A DNA stretch of 64,000 nt, taken from positions 2,496,001 to 2,560,000 of the forward strand of contig OY969474.1 in the NCBI GenBank assembly GCA_963700145.1, given 5' to 3'. A program made the position numbers and the translations under genes. The notes beneath the pieces were generated by a model. It worked only from the letters and a program-made list of their open reading frames with translations, was not told where the DNA came from and searched no databases. Below, piece after piece: positions 40,368 through 50,216 of the stretch. The stretch's first letter is position 1, and every line of letters begins with the position of its first letter. This DNA comes from an uncultured Acidobacteriota bacterium. GTDB taxonomy: Bacteria > Acidobacteriota > Thermoanaerobaculia > Multivoradales > UBA5704.

Positions 40368-43300
40368 CTACGACAGCAGCAGCTCCAGGTCCTCGCGGGT
40401 GAGGCTGCGGAGCACTCCCTGGTCGGCCTGGATGATCGCGTCGGCCAGCTCGCGCTTGCTCTGCTGCAGCTCGAGGATCTTCTCCTCGACGGTGTCGCGC
40501 GCCACCAGCCGGTAGGCGAAGACGTGGCGGAGCTGGCCGATGCGGTGGGCGCGGTCGATCGCCTGCGCCTCGACCGCCGGGTTCCACCACGGGTCCAGCA
40601 GGTAGACGTAGTCGGCGGCCGTGAGGTTCAAGCCCAGGCCCCCCGCCTTGAGGCTGATGAGGAAGAGCCGGCAGTCGGGATCGTTCTGGAAGCGCTCCAC
40701 CGGCTTGGCGCGGTCGCGGGTCCTGCCGTCGAGGTACTCGTAAGGGACCCCCTGCTCGTCAAGCTGGCGGCGGAGGAGCGCCAGGAAGCTGGTGAACTGG
40801 GAGAAGACGAGGGCCTTGTGCCCTTCGTCGAGCACCTCTTCGAGCTGGGGCAGGAGGAGGTCGAGCTTGGCGCTCGGCTCCTCGCGCCTTTTCTCGTCGA
40901 GGAGGCCCGGATGGCAGGCCGCCTGGCGCAGACGCAAGAGGGCTTCGAGGACGAGGATCTTCGACTTGCCGAGGCCGCGCTCGCCGATGCTCTGGCCGAG
41001 CGCGGCGCGATACCCGTCGCGCAGCTCGTCGTAGAGCCGGCGCTGCCGCGTCGGCAGCTCGCAGTAGAGGGTCTGCTCCACGCGGTCCGGCAGCTCGGCG
41101 GCCACCTGCTGCTTGGTGCGGCGGAGGATGAAGGGGCGCACCGCGCTCGCCAGCAGCCGGCGGGTCGCTTCGTCTGGGGTGCGCAGCGCGCCGCCGTGCG
41201 CCCGCAGCACCGAGGAGGCGCCGAGCAGGCCGGGGTTCAAGAAATCGAGCAGGCTCCACAGCTCGCCGAGGTGGTTCTCGACGGGCGTTCCCGAGAGCGC
41301 CAGGCGGTGCCGGCCGCGCAGCAGCCGCACCGCCTTGGCGGACTGGCTGTCGGCGTTCTTGATCGCCTGCGCCTCGTCGAGGATGACGTAGTCCCATTCG
41401 ACCTGGTGGAGCAGCGCGGCGTCGCGGCGCAGCGTGCCGTAGGTCGTGAGGACCAGGTCGCATTCGGTGAAACTGTCCTCGGCCTGGGCGCGCCCGAGGC
41501 CGGTGTGGTTGACCACCCGCAGCTCGGGAGTGAAGCGCTCCGCCTCGGCGAGCCAGTTGAAGATCAGCGACCGGGGGACGACGACCAGCGACGGCCGCGG
41601 CCTCCCCTCCGCGCGCTCCAACCGACGGGCCTCCAGCAGGGCGAGGACCTGAACGGTCTTGCCGAGCCCCATGTCGTCCGCCAGGCAGCCGCCGAAGTCG
41701 AACTCGCGCAGGTAGTCGAACCATCCCAGGCCTTCACGCTGGTAGTCGCGCAGCGTGCCCTGGAAGCTGCTCGGCTCGACGGCGGGCCGCACCCCGGCGA
41801 AGGCGTGCAGCCGCTCGCGGGCGCGGGCGAAGGCCGCGTCGCAGGAGACCTCCGGCTCGCCGGCCAGGAGGGCGTCGAGCAGCGGCGCCTGAGCATGGGA
41901 GAACCGGATCCCCTCCTCCTGCAGCCGCCCGAGATCGGCGGCGCGGTCGAGCCGCCGCAGCCACTCCACGGGCAGGAGGCCGTAGCTGCCGTCGCCGAGG
42001 CGCACGAAGGACTCGCCGCGCCGCAAGGCGGCGAGCAGCTCGGGGAGCCGCGCCGCCTGCTCGCCGAAGGCGACCTCGCCGCGCAGCTCGAACCAGTCGA
42101 TGCCGGAGGCGACGGCCAGCCGGTTCACGCCGGCGGTGGCGTAGCGCCTGCCGTCGGCTTCGACGCGCCACCCGGCGGCGAGCAGGGCGGCGATGGCGGC
42201 GGCGAGCCGGGAGGGGTGGAGGCGCCAGACGAGCTTGTCGTCGGCGTGGCTCCAGACCGTCCGGAACCCCAGCTCCTCGAGCTCGCGGCCGGCGCGGCTC
42301 TCCGTCGCCGGGTCGCGCAGGAAGAGACGGCCCGCCTCCGCGTCGTAGAAGGCCGGACCGGGCGCGCCGGACACCACCTCCCCCGACCCGTAGCCGAAGG
42401 AGAGCTCGGCCCGCAGCCTGTCGCGCGCCGCGCCGGCCGCCCTGCCTCCCCAGAGGCGCAGCACCGGCTGCGGCGGCTCCTGCACCTGCTCGAGCTCCGG
42501 CGGCAGCTCGAGGGGCGGCAGGTCGGGGAGCATGAGCAGCTCTTCGAGGAAGGCCGCGCGCTCGCCCTCCGCCACGTGCAACCCGCCCGGCTGGCGCAGC
42601 TGGGCGATCCAGCCGAGGGCCTGCGGCGCCAGCGGCGCCGCGGCCGCGTTGGTGACCAGGATGCCGCTCGGCAGGAGCAGGACCGGGTCCGCGAGCGCCA
42701 TCCGCTCGGCGCCGCGGCGCAGGGACCCCAGCATCTGGAAGCCGCCGCCGGCCGCCGTCCGCAGCTCGAGCACCAGCTCCCACGGCGGGCCGTCCTCCCA
42801 GGCGAGCGGCGTCATCGCGACCGCCCGCGGCGAGCGGCGCAGGTGGAAGCGGCCGGTGGCGCAGAGCAGCGGCACGAGCAGACCGACCATCGCCTCCGGC
42901 ACCACGCTGCGGACGGGCAGGCTCTGGTGGCCGGCGCCGCGGCGGCCGGCGGGTCGGTGGGGAGCGGAGGCGGCGATCCCCGCCAGCAGCTGCAGGACCT
43001 CCCGGTCGGGCGTCGGCGGCAGGCGGGCGAGGCGGCCGAGCGGCAGCCGGGGGTGGCGCAGCCTGCCCTCCTCGCCGCCGTGCTTCCGGGTGCGCTGCAG
43101 GATCTCCAGCGAGAACCCCTGGCCGGCGCGGACGGCGGGCACGTCGAGGACGTAGAGCAGCTCCTCGAGCCGCGGCGGCCGGGCCGTCTCGGGCTGGTGC
43201 GGAGCGGCGCCGGCCAGGACGTTCCGCCACCGCGCCGGCGCGGCGTTGGCGGCGCCGGGGCGGCGCGTGTCGGGCGTCAACCGCTGGGGCAGCCGGCCGG

Positions 43301-43580
43301 CGGCGTCGGCGAGCCGGCCGTCGGCGGCGGCGGCCAGGACCGTCGCCCAGACGTGCTTGCAGCAGTCGCCGGTGGCGAAGAACGGACAGGTGCAGGAGGC
43401 GCGCAGCGTGTCCGCTTCGCGGAGCAGCAGCACGCGGTAGACGCGGCTGCCGCGCACGCTCGCCTCGATGCGGTCCGGGTCCCGCCGGCCGAGACCGACG
43501 CGCCGCTGCTGGAAGTAGCGCGCGCCGCGGCGGCGGACCGCGGCCTGGACGAACGGCGCGAGGGTGGCGGCTGGAGTCAT
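40368..43580 (-). CDS. SWIM Zn-finger + SNF2 (DEAD/DEAH-like) helicase
   Basis: CTCPF...CKH; LRDYQREG, LADDMGLGKT, DEAQAIKN, SGTPVEN, LRRTKQ, FSQFT, GGLGLNLT, DPWWNPA..QAIDRAHRIGQ. Confidence 0.95.
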   Translation of the reverse strand: MTPAATLAPFVQAAVRRRGARYFQQRRVGLGRRDPDRIEASVRGSRVYRVLLLREADTLRASCTCPFFATGDCCKHVWATVLAAAADGRLADAAGRLPQRLTPDTRRPGAANAAPARWRNVLAGAAPHQPETARPPRLEELLYVLDVPAVRAGQGFSLEILQRTRKHGGEEGRLRHPRLPLGRLARLPPTPDREVLQLLAGIAASAPHRPAGRRGAGHQSLPVRSVVPEAMVGLLVPLLCATGRFHLRRSPRAVAMTPLAWEDGPPWELVLELRTAAGGGFQMLGSLRRGAERMALADPVLLLPSGILVTNAAAAPLAPQALGWIAQLRQPGGLHVAEGERAAFLEELLMLPDLPPLELPPELEQVQEPPQPVLRLWGGRAAGAARDRLRAELSFGYGSGEVVSGAPGPAFYDAEAGRLFLRDPATESRAGRELEELGFRTVWSHADDKLVWRLHPSRLAAAIAALLAAGWRVEADGRRYATAGVNRLAVASGIDWFELRGEVAFGEQAARLPELLAALRRGESFVRLGDGSYGLLPVEWLRRLDRAADLGRLQEEGIRFSHAQAPLLDALLAGEPEVSCDAAFARARERLHAFAGVRPAVEPSSFQGTLRDYQREGLGWFDYLREFDFGGCLADDMGLGKTVQVLALLEARRLERAEGRPRPSLVVVPRSLIFNWLAEAERFTPELRVVNHTGLGRAQAEDSFTECDLVLTTYGTLRRDAALLHQVEWDYVILDEAQAIKNADSQSAKAVRLLRGRHRLALSGTPVENHLGELWSLLDFLNPGLLGASSVLRAHGGALRTPDEATRRLLASAVRPFILRRTKQQVAAELPDRVEQTLYCELPTRQRRLYDELRDGYRAALGQSIGERGLGKSKILVLEALLRLRQAACHPGLLDEKRREEPSAKLDLLLPQLEEVLDEGHKALVFSQFTSFLALLRRQLDEQGVPYEYLDGRTRDRAKPVERFQNDPDCRLFLISLKAGGLGLNLTAADYVYLLDPWWNPAVEAQAIDRAHRIGQLRHVFAYRLVARDTVEEKILELQQSKRELADAIIQADQGVLRSLTREDLELLLS

Positions 43581-43585
43581 GACAG

Positions 43586-43617
43586 GAGCCCCCCGCGGCG
43601 GGCGCCGCGAGGGGCTC
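43586..43617. terminator. Strong GC hairpin between the cupredoxin gene and the SNF2 start
   Basis: GAGCCCC-C-CGCGGCG-GG-CGCCGCG-A-GGGGCTC inverted repeat; no U tract. Confidence 0.4.
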
Positions 43618-43638
43618 GTGGAGAAACGCGCGATGCGC

Positions 43639-44423
43639 CTAGGCCTTGGGCGCGAAGCTGAAGCTGACCTCGACCGTGCCGCTCTCGGGCACCGTCACCT
43701 GCTGGGTCTGCGTCCCCAGCTCCTCGTGCCAGGCCTCAAGCTCGTAGGTGCCCGGCGGCAGCTTGGCGATCGAGAAGCTGCCGTCCTCGCCGCTCACCGC
43801 GTAGTAAGGGTGCTCGAGGACGCCCATGTACGAGCTCATCCAGGGGTGGACGTCGCACTTGAAGGGAACCATGACCTCCTTCTGGGCGAAGGTCTTCTCG
43901 TTCTCCATCCCCTTCACCGGCTGGCCCTGGTTGAACTCATCGTTGGCCTGCGGCATGGCGTGGATGTTGTGCAGCGTGTCGTCGCTGTTGCGGATGACCA
44001 GCGCCTGGCCCACCTGGATGCCGGAGACGTGCGGGTGGTACTGGCAACCCTGCTGATCGAGCACCTTCTTCTCGTCCGGCGCGTCGAAGGTCATCCCCGC
44101 CGGCAGCCCCGACTTGACGTAGACGAAGACGTTGGCGAGGTTGCCGTCCTTGGCGACGATCTTTTCGGTGGTGACAGGCGTGGTGTGCAGGCCGGCGCAG
44201 ACCGCGTCGGCGTCCATGGCGATCGGGGTGTCGGGATCGGCGGTACCGGAGTAGGCCACCTTGCCGTTGACCGTGCCGGCCTTCGACTCGTCGAAGCCGG
44301 CCGGCGCGGTCTCCTCGGCCTGCTCCCCCCTTCGGACGACGCCTTCTCGCCGCCGCCGCAGGCGGCGAAGACCGCCACCAGGCAGAGGGCGAAGAGCGCC
44401 AACAGCGAGTTCCTCTTGATCAC
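43639..44423 (-). CDS. Cupredoxin/carboxypeptidase-regulatory-like lipoprotein; apparent frameshift at the C6 run 44325-44330
   Basis: SD AAGGAGG + GTG 44423, lipobox VFAAC in one frame; mature domain (CQYHPHV, NSDDTLHNIH, FKCDVHPWM, PGTYELEAWHE) in another frame. Confidence 0.85.
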
Positions 44424-44520
44424 GTGCAGCCTCCTTGTGGATTCGTGGATGGCCGGAGGGGGGCCCCAAGGGCGCTCCGGCGCGTGAATTATATGCAGGA
44501 CTCGGGCCGGACCCGGGGCC

Positions 44521-47500
44521 TCAGGGCGCTCCGGCGGCGACCGGCGCGGTCTCCGTTTCGTGCGCCGGCGCGGGTGCCACACCGGCACGCAGCCCGCCCC
44601 CGAGGCGCCAGATGTGATCGCGGAGCGCCGCGGTCACCTTGCCGACGTCGTTCAAGTAGGCCTTGAGCTCCGCCTCCGAGCCGAAGTGGGCGAGGAGGCG
44701 CTGCCTCTCGGCGGCGTAGCGCGGCTGGTCGATGGCCATGACCGCGGGCGACATCCGCTTGCCCGGCTCGACCTCGGGGAAGAAGGCGGGCATGCGGGTG
44801 CCCGGCACCCAGCGCTGCGGGTCCTCGATCCAGGAGGGCACCCAGACGTGGCGCAGGCGGTCGTTGGCGAGGAGCAGCGACGGCGCCAGCTCGGCGGTCG
44901 CGGCGCCGGCGGCCACCGGCCCGGAGGGGTGGCACTTGGCGCACTGGAACATGTCGAAGACCACCTGGCCCACCGCCAGCTCGCGCGGGTGCGCCGCGAC
45001 CGGCGCCGTGGTCAGCGGGTAGGCCGCGTCGCGCGAGGCGAAGTAGGAGACGACGGTGTTGACCTCGTCGTCGCTGAACTGGAAGGTCGGCATGCGCACG
45101 GTGAGCCAGGGCCGCATCGTCACCCGCGACGGGTCGTGGAGGTAGGCGAAAAGCCAGTCGCCCTGGACGCGCGCCCCCTCGGCCGCCAGGTTCGGCGGCA
45201 GGAAGGCCGGATCCTGGATCATGCTCTTGATGGCGTGCCCGTGCCCCTCGATCAGGTGGCACCCCTGGCAGTTGTAGCGGGTGATCAGCTTCCTGCCCGC
45301 GGCCAGCGTCGCGCCGCCGCCGCCGTTGCCCGCCTTGCGGGTCGCGACGACCGACTCCTTGGTGAAGCCGAGGAGGTTCGAGAGCACCGCCTTGGCCTCG
45401 CGGTCGCTCATGCCGAAGCTCGGCATCTTGAGCAGCTCGTTGTAGTCCTTGACCTCCTCCTTCCCCTCGTCGAAGACCCGCGGCCGCTCGAGCTTGGTCT
45501 CGAGCCAGTCCTGGCGGGTGTGCGCCACCTCGTGGACGTGCCCGAAGTCGAACTGGTGGACCGGCTTCGAGCCCTCCTCGGTCAGCTCGGTGCCGATCGG
45601 CTTGAAGTCCTCGAAGCCCTTGATGTCGTGGCAGCCGTAGCAGCCGTACTTGGCGATCGACTGCTGGCCGAGGTAGACCAGCCGCTCGCCAGGGTTCATC
45701 TCCTCCTTGAGGCGCTTCTCGGCGGCGGTGATCGAGAGGGTGTTGGTGAGGTAGCCCAGGACCAGCTCGTCGCGCTGCTTCGCGGGTGCTCCCGGCAGGC
45801 GCAGCCCTTCGTACTTCGGGTCGCGCGACGAGAGCAGGTAGGCGGTGACGTCGGCGGCTTCCTTGTCGGTCAGCCGCAGGTCCGGCATGTTGGTCTCGGG
45901 GAAGTACTCCTTGGGGTTCCGCACCCAGGCGTAGAGCCAGCCGGGGTCGACCTTGCTGCCGGTGCGCACCAGGTTCGGGCCGTGCAGGCGGTTGATCGTG
46001 GGGAAGAAGTCGTCGCGCTTGGCCTTGCCGTCGAGCACGTGGCAGCCGGCGCAGCCGACGGTCTCGAAGAGCTGCTTGCCGGCCGCCGGGTCGCCGGCGG
46101 GCGGCGCGGGATACCGCGGCCGCTCCGACTGCTGCCAGAGGTAGGCGACGATGCCGGCGATCTCCGCCCGCTGCCGCTCGAGGTCCCCCGGCCGGTCGGT
46201 GTTCTCCTGGTGGAAGAAGTGGGGCATCCAGGTCGTCGGGTGGAAGTCGCGCGGCGCCTCGATCCAGCGGTAGGCCCACTGCGGCGTCGTCTTGCCGGCG
46301 ATGCGCTCGAGCGACGGCCCCGCCTTGCGCAGGCCCGTGAAGGGGGGCAGCTCGATCGGGTGGCACCCCTGGCAGCCCATGTGGACGATCAGCTCGCGGC
46401 CGACATCCTGGTGCTCCGAGCGCGGCGTCCAGACGTCGCCGGCGTGGCAGGAGACGCACCCCGCCTCCGACATCTTGGCCGGCAGGATCGGCGTCTCCAG
46501 GTACTTCTGCGGCTCCCAGCCCCACTTCTCCTGCCACTGCCGCGCCTCCTCCTCGGACTCCGGCGTGTGGCCGGCGCGCGCGAACTCGGTGGCGCGGTCG
46601 AGGCCGCCGTGGCAGGTGGTGCAGCCGAAGCGGGTGTACGGGTGGGGCGAGCTGTCGCCGACGAAGAGGTCGAGCCGCGGGTGGGTGCGGAAGGGCTGCT
46701 TCCACTCCTTGTCGTCCTCGAAGCCGGGGCGGTTGGCCGCCACGTGGCAGGTCATGCAGCGGTCGACGCGGTCGACGTCGGTGAAGTTGATGTCGTGGTA
46801 GAGGCCGGGGAGGATGACCTGCTCGATCTTGAGGCTCGGCTGGACGAAGTCCATGAGCGGCGCGTTGAGGAGGAAGAAGTCGAGGTCCTTGGAGAGCTGG
46901 GCGAGCCGCTCCTCGAGCCCGGTGAGCCCTTCGCGCAACGCCTCCAGCCGCTCCTCGGCGGCGGTGCGCGAGGCGGTGCGCTCGGCGATCTGCTTCTGCT
47001 TGGTGGCGCGGGCCTCGCTGAACCCCTCGAGCGCCACCTTCTCCTGGCGCAGCTTCTCCCGCAGCTCCGCGACCTGCCGCTCCTTCTCCCCGATCTCGCC
47101 CTTGTCTCCCCCCTGGATCGCCTCGTCGTACTGGTAGCGGGCGGTGTCGAGGAGCGACTTGGTGGCGCGCCAGCGGGCGTCGGTGGCGTAGACCTGGTCG
47201 CCGAGGTCGCGCTCCTCGGCGCGCAGCTTGTCGATCTCCTCCTCGTGGGCGGCGATCTCCTTCTCGGCGGCGGCGATGTCCTTCTCGAGCTGGGCGATCT
47301 GCTGCTCGTCGATCTTCTTCCGCTCCGCCTCCATCTCCTTCTGCACCTTCGCCCGCTCGAGGGAGCGGAACTCCGCCTGCAGCCGCTTCCAGGGCAGCGC
47401 GTAGTCGGCCACCACCATCCAGATCGTCACGCCGAGCAGCGCCAGGGAGCTCAGCGCGAAGACCATGTTCATGCCACCGAAGTCGTAGTGGCGGTCGGGG

Positions 47501-47532
47501 CGCTTCTCGGGCGGAGACGAGCGGGTCGCCAT
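44521..47532 (-). CDS. Membrane-anchored octaheme cytochrome c with long coiled coil (bc-complex associated)
   Basis: N-terminal TM, coiled coil, 8 CxxCH motifs: CMTCH, CTTCH, CVSCH, CQGCH, CAGCH, CYGCH, CQGCH, CAKCH. Confidence 0.93.
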   Translation of the reverse strand: MATRSSPPEKRPDRHYDFGGMNMVFALSSLALLGVTIWMVVADYALPWKRLQAEFRSLERAKVQKEMEAERKKIDEQQIAQLEKDIAAAEKEIAAHEEEIDKLRAEERDLGDQVYATDARWRATKSLLDTARYQYDEAIQGGDKGEIGEKERQVAELREKLRQEKVALEGFSEARATKQKQIAERTASRTAAEERLEALREGLTGLEERLAQLSKDLDFFLLNAPLMDFVQPSLKIEQVILPGLYHDINFTDVDRVDRCMTCHVAANRPGFEDDKEWKQPFRTHPRLDLFVGDSSPHPYTRFGCTTCHGGLDRATEFARAGHTPESEEEARQWQEKWGWEPQKYLETPILPAKMSEAGCVSCHAGDVWTPRSEHQDVGRELIVHMGCQGCHPIELPPFTGLRKAGPSLERIAGKTTPQWAYRWIEAPRDFHPTTWMPHFFHQENTDRPGDLERQRAEIAGIVAYLWQQSERPRYPAPPAGDPAAGKQLFETVGCAGCHVLDGKAKRDDFFPTINRLHGPNLVRTGSKVDPGWLYAWVRNPKEYFPETNMPDLRLTDKEAADVTAYLLSSRDPKYEGLRLPGAPAKQRDELVLGYLTNTLSITAAEKRLKEEMNPGERLVYLGQQSIAKYGCYGCHDIKGFEDFKPIGTELTEEGSKPVHQFDFGHVHEVAHTRQDWLETKLERPRVFDEGKEEVKDYNELLKMPSFGMSDREAKAVLSNLLGFTKESVVATRKAGNGGGGATLAAGRKLITRYNCQGCHLIEGHGHAIKSMIQDPAFLPPNLAAEGARVQGDWLFAYLHDPSRVTMRPWLTVRMPTFQFSDDEVNTVVSYFASRDAAYPLTTAPVAAHPRELAVGQVVFDMFQCAKCHPSGPVAAGAATAELAPSLLLANDRLRHVWVPSWIEDPQRWVPGTRMPAFFPEVEPGKRMSPAVMAIDQPRYAAERQRLLAHFGSEAELKAYLNDVGKVTAALRDHIWRLGGGLRAGVAPAPAHETETAPVAAGAP

Positions 47533-47533
47533 G

Positions 47534-48616
47534 TCAGATGTTGAAGAAGAACTCCTGGATGTGGATGAAGTACTTGAGGTTGAAAAGCCAGCGGCAGTAC
47601 ATCTTGATCGGCAGCATCATCATGACCAGGAAGAGGCTGATGCCGACGTAGAAGCGCGGCGCTCCCATCTTCTCGTAGTAGCGCCGCCCCCAGCGGGTCT
47701 TCTTGGCGAGAAGCACCGGCAGGACGACCAGGTAGAAGCCGACGAGGAGGATCCCGGGTAGTTCCCTGATGAACCAGTTGCCGGGGAGCCCCGTGCCCAG
47801 CATGCGCACCCAGAAGTACTCCGAGAGGTCGACGTTGACCAGCGGCTCGACCTTGTTGACGTCCCAGAACTCGTAAGGCCCGAAGAAGTTCCAGTTCGGC
47901 CCGCGGAGGAAGGTGCCGATGACGATCATCTGCGTCCAGAGCAGCAGGAAGCCGAAGAGGAAGAGCGCGATCTCGACCCGGCGCTCGCGGAAGGTGAAGT
48001 AGCCGTTCCCCTTGGGGTTGGTGTCGATGTAGGGGATGGCCATCAAGCCCACGATGATGAGCCCCGGCAGCACCACGCCCGCCATCCACGGGTCGTAGTA
48101 GACGAGCATCTCCTGGAGCCCCAGGAAGTACCAGGGCGCCTTCGACGGGTTGGGCGCGATCGACGGGTTGGCCGCCTCCTCGAGCGGCGCCTTGAGGACG
48201 ATCGACCACACGGTCAGCGCCACGGTCAGCACCACCATGCAGATGAACTCGGAGAAGACCAGGTCGGGCCAGGTGAAGATGCGGTCCTCGACCTCGGTCG
48301 ACTCGAACGTCGGGTCGCCGCGCGCCGTCAGCTCGTCGTTGCGGTGCCCCTTGTACATGGCGAACCAGACGAAGAAACCGACCAGGAAGACCATCATCAC
48401 GATCGGCACGTTGTCCGGCTTGGCGACGACCGAGAAGAAGTCCTCGTCGAGCATCGACAGCAGCAGGAAGACGACGCCGACCGCCAGCGCGATGAGGCCC
48501 CCGCGCTTGGTCCACAGCGACTTCGACCAGAGCATCAGCCCGAAGAGGCCGATCGACAGGGTGAACGACCACCAGGGGTAGGAGAGCGCGTTGATCGCGT
48601 CCTTGAGGAATTCCAT
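47534..48616 (-). CDS. Cytochrome b/b6 C-terminal subunit (subunit IV/PetD-like) with extra TMs
   Basis: TWPDLV, PLEEAANP..PNPSKAPWYFLGLQEML, IPYIDTNPKGNGY. Confidence 0.88.
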   Translation of the reverse strand: MEFLKDAINALSYPWWSFTLSIGLFGLMLWSKSLWTKRGGLIALAVGVVFLLLSMLDEDFFSVVAKPDNVPIVMMVFLVGFFVWFAMYKGHRNDELTARGDPTFESTEVEDRIFTWPDLVFSEFICMVVLTVALTVWSIVLKAPLEEAANPSIAPNPSKAPWYFLGLQEMLVYYDPWMAGVVLPGLIIVGLMAIPYIDTNPKGNGYFTFRERRVEIALFLFGFLLLWTQMIVIGTFLRGPNWNFFGPYEFWDVNKVEPLVNVDLSEYFWVRMLGTGLPGNWFIRELPGILLVGFYLVVLPVLLAKKTRWGRRYYEKMGAPRFYVGISLFLVMMMLPIKMYCRWLFNLKYFIHIQEFFFNI

Positions 48617-48620
48617 ACGC

Positions 48621-49397
48621 CTAGACCGGGCCCGAGATGCCGCCGTCCTTGCGCACGCGCCAGAAGTGGACGGCGATCAGGAAGGCGGCGACGAGCGGGA
48701 TGCCGACGCAGTGGAGCACGTAGAAGCGGAGCAAGGTGCCGCCGCCGATGGTGCGGCCGGCGATCAGCGCGAAGCGGGCGTCGCTGCCGACGTGGATCAG
48801 TTTCTGCCCGCCGAGCGACAGCAGCGCGGCGCCGGGCCCTTCGTGACCTAAGAGGGGTGTGGCGCGCGCCATGTTCGAGCCGACGGTGATCGCCCAGATG
48901 GCGAGCTGGTCCCAGGGCAGCAGGTACCCGGTGAAGGAGAGCAGGAGCGTCAGCACCAGCAGGATGACGCCGACGTTCCAGTTGAACTCGCGCGGCGGCT
49001 TGTAGGAGCCGGTCATGAAGACGCGGAACATGTGCAGCCAGACCGCGATGACCATGGCGTGCGCGCCCCAGCGGTGGAGCTCGCGCATGATGCCGAAGGC
49101 CAACGCCTCGCGCAGGTCGAGCATGTCGACGTAGGCGTACTCGACGGTGGGGCGGTAGTAGAACATCAGCAGCAGGCCGGTGATCGTCTCGACCAGGAAG
49201 AGGAAGAACGCCGTCCCCCCCATGCACCAGGTGTAGCTCATCCGGATGCCCGACTTCTTGACCTTGATCGGGTGCAGGTGGAGCACCACGTTGCCGAGCA
49301 TCGCCAGCGCGCGCTTGCGGTTGTCGGTGGGGATGCCGACGCGGAAGATCGAGCGCCAGATCTGCGACTTGGTGATGCTCTTGCCGAGGTTTGCCAT
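48621..49397 (-). CDS. petB: Cytochrome b6 (split cytochrome b N-terminal subunit)
   Basis: [54 protein letters not shown]. Confidence 0.92.
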   Translation of the reverse strand: MANLGKSITKSQIWRSIFRVGIPTDNRKRALAMLGNVVLHLHPIKVKKSGIRMSYTWCMGGTAFFLFLVETITGLLLMFYYRPTVEYAYVDMLDLREALAFGIMRELHRWGAHAMVIAVWLHMFRVFMTGSYKPPREFNWNVGVILLVLTLLLSFTGYLLPWDQLAIWAITVGSNMARATPLLGHEGPGAALLSLGGQKLIHVGSDARFALIAGRTIGGGTLLRFYVLHCVGIPLVAAFLIAVHFWRVRKDGGISGPV

Positions 49398-49435
49398 GCG
49401 CCCTCGCGAGTCGTCCTGGGTCCGTCAGGCGTGTT

Positions 49436-50113
49436 CTATGCGACCGGGATGTAGGAGCTGGGGTCTTCCCACTGCCCCATCTCCCACTGGAACTTCTGCG
49501 CCTTGTCCACCACGACCTGCCCGTCGTCGGGACTGATGTAGATGCGCGCCCGCTCGAGCGGCCGCGGGGTGGGGCCCTCGAAGTTGATGCCGCTCTTGTA
49601 GTAGCCGCTGCCGTGGCAGGGGCACTTGAACTTGTTCTGGGTCGCCAGCCAGGCCGGCGGGCAGCCGAGGTGGGTGCAGATGGCGATGAGGGAGAAAATC
49701 CGTCCTCCCTCGTTGACGATCCAGACGCCGTACTGGTCGACGAAGCGGGTGTCCACGACGCCGACCGGGAAGTCCTCGGGCTTGCCGACCTTGAAGGTGG
49801 TGGGCGGCTCGTAGAGGACGTTGGGGAACATGAAGCGGGTCATCGCCGTGACGCAGCCGCCGATCGCGGCCGCGAACCCGACCCACGCCACCGCCGCCCA
49901 GGAGAACTCGCGGCGCGTCACCTCGCCGGCGGGCGCGGCGGGCGCGGCGGTCTTCTTGGCCGGTCCGAAAGCGCTCTGGTCGGGAGGGGTGGGCTGCTTC
50001 TTGGCGAGCGGGACGGGGGCGCGGGCGGCGGTGGGCTCGGCGGCCGCTCCGGCTTCGGGAGCGGCCGGAGCCTCGCCTGCGGGCGCCGTGCCGTCCTGGA
50101 TTTCGTCAGCCAT
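49436..50113 (-). CDS. Rieske [2Fe-2S] subunit of the bc complex
   Basis: TRREF Tat motif + TM; CTHLGC; CPCHGSGY; GPTPRPL. Confidence 0.95.
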   Translation of the reverse strand: MADEIQDGTAPAGEAPAAPEAGAAAEPTAARAPVPLAKKQPTPPDQSAFGPAKKTAAPAAPAGEVTRREFSWAAVAWVGFAAAIGGCVTAMTRFMFPNVLYEPPTTFKVGKPEDFPVGVVDTRFVDQYGVWIVNEGGRIFSLIAICTHLGCPPAWLATQNKFKCPCHGSGYYKSGINFEGPTPRPLERARIYISPDDGQVVVDKAQKFQWEMGQWEDPSSYIPVA

Positions 50114-50216
50114 GTTGCCCCTTTCGCGGTGCGACGGGTGTGGCCGGTGGAAGCGGGCTCTTTCTAGCGGAGCCGCCCGGCCGCGTCAAGAGCCTGAAGA
50201 GTTCCGCGCGCGCCCC

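Noticed and set aside
40368-43580. SNF2 helicase as part of an anti-phage system (DISARM/Zorya-like)
   Set aside because: Stand-alone SWIM-SNF2 with no methylase, nuclease or other defence neighbours.
44521-47532. Hydroxylamine oxidoreductase/octaheme nitrite reductase call
   Set aside because: Hemes are widely spaced in class-I-like domains (GP.L...MP motifs), there is no CxxCK, and the gene lies in a bc operon.
40524-47544. Very long plus-strand ORFs (40524..43661, 44560..47544; likewise 14602..17214, 26510..29185, 51882..54986, 54391..56919)
   Set aside because: Antisense shadows of motif-bearing minus-strand genes, expected in high-GC DNA; no motifs of their own.
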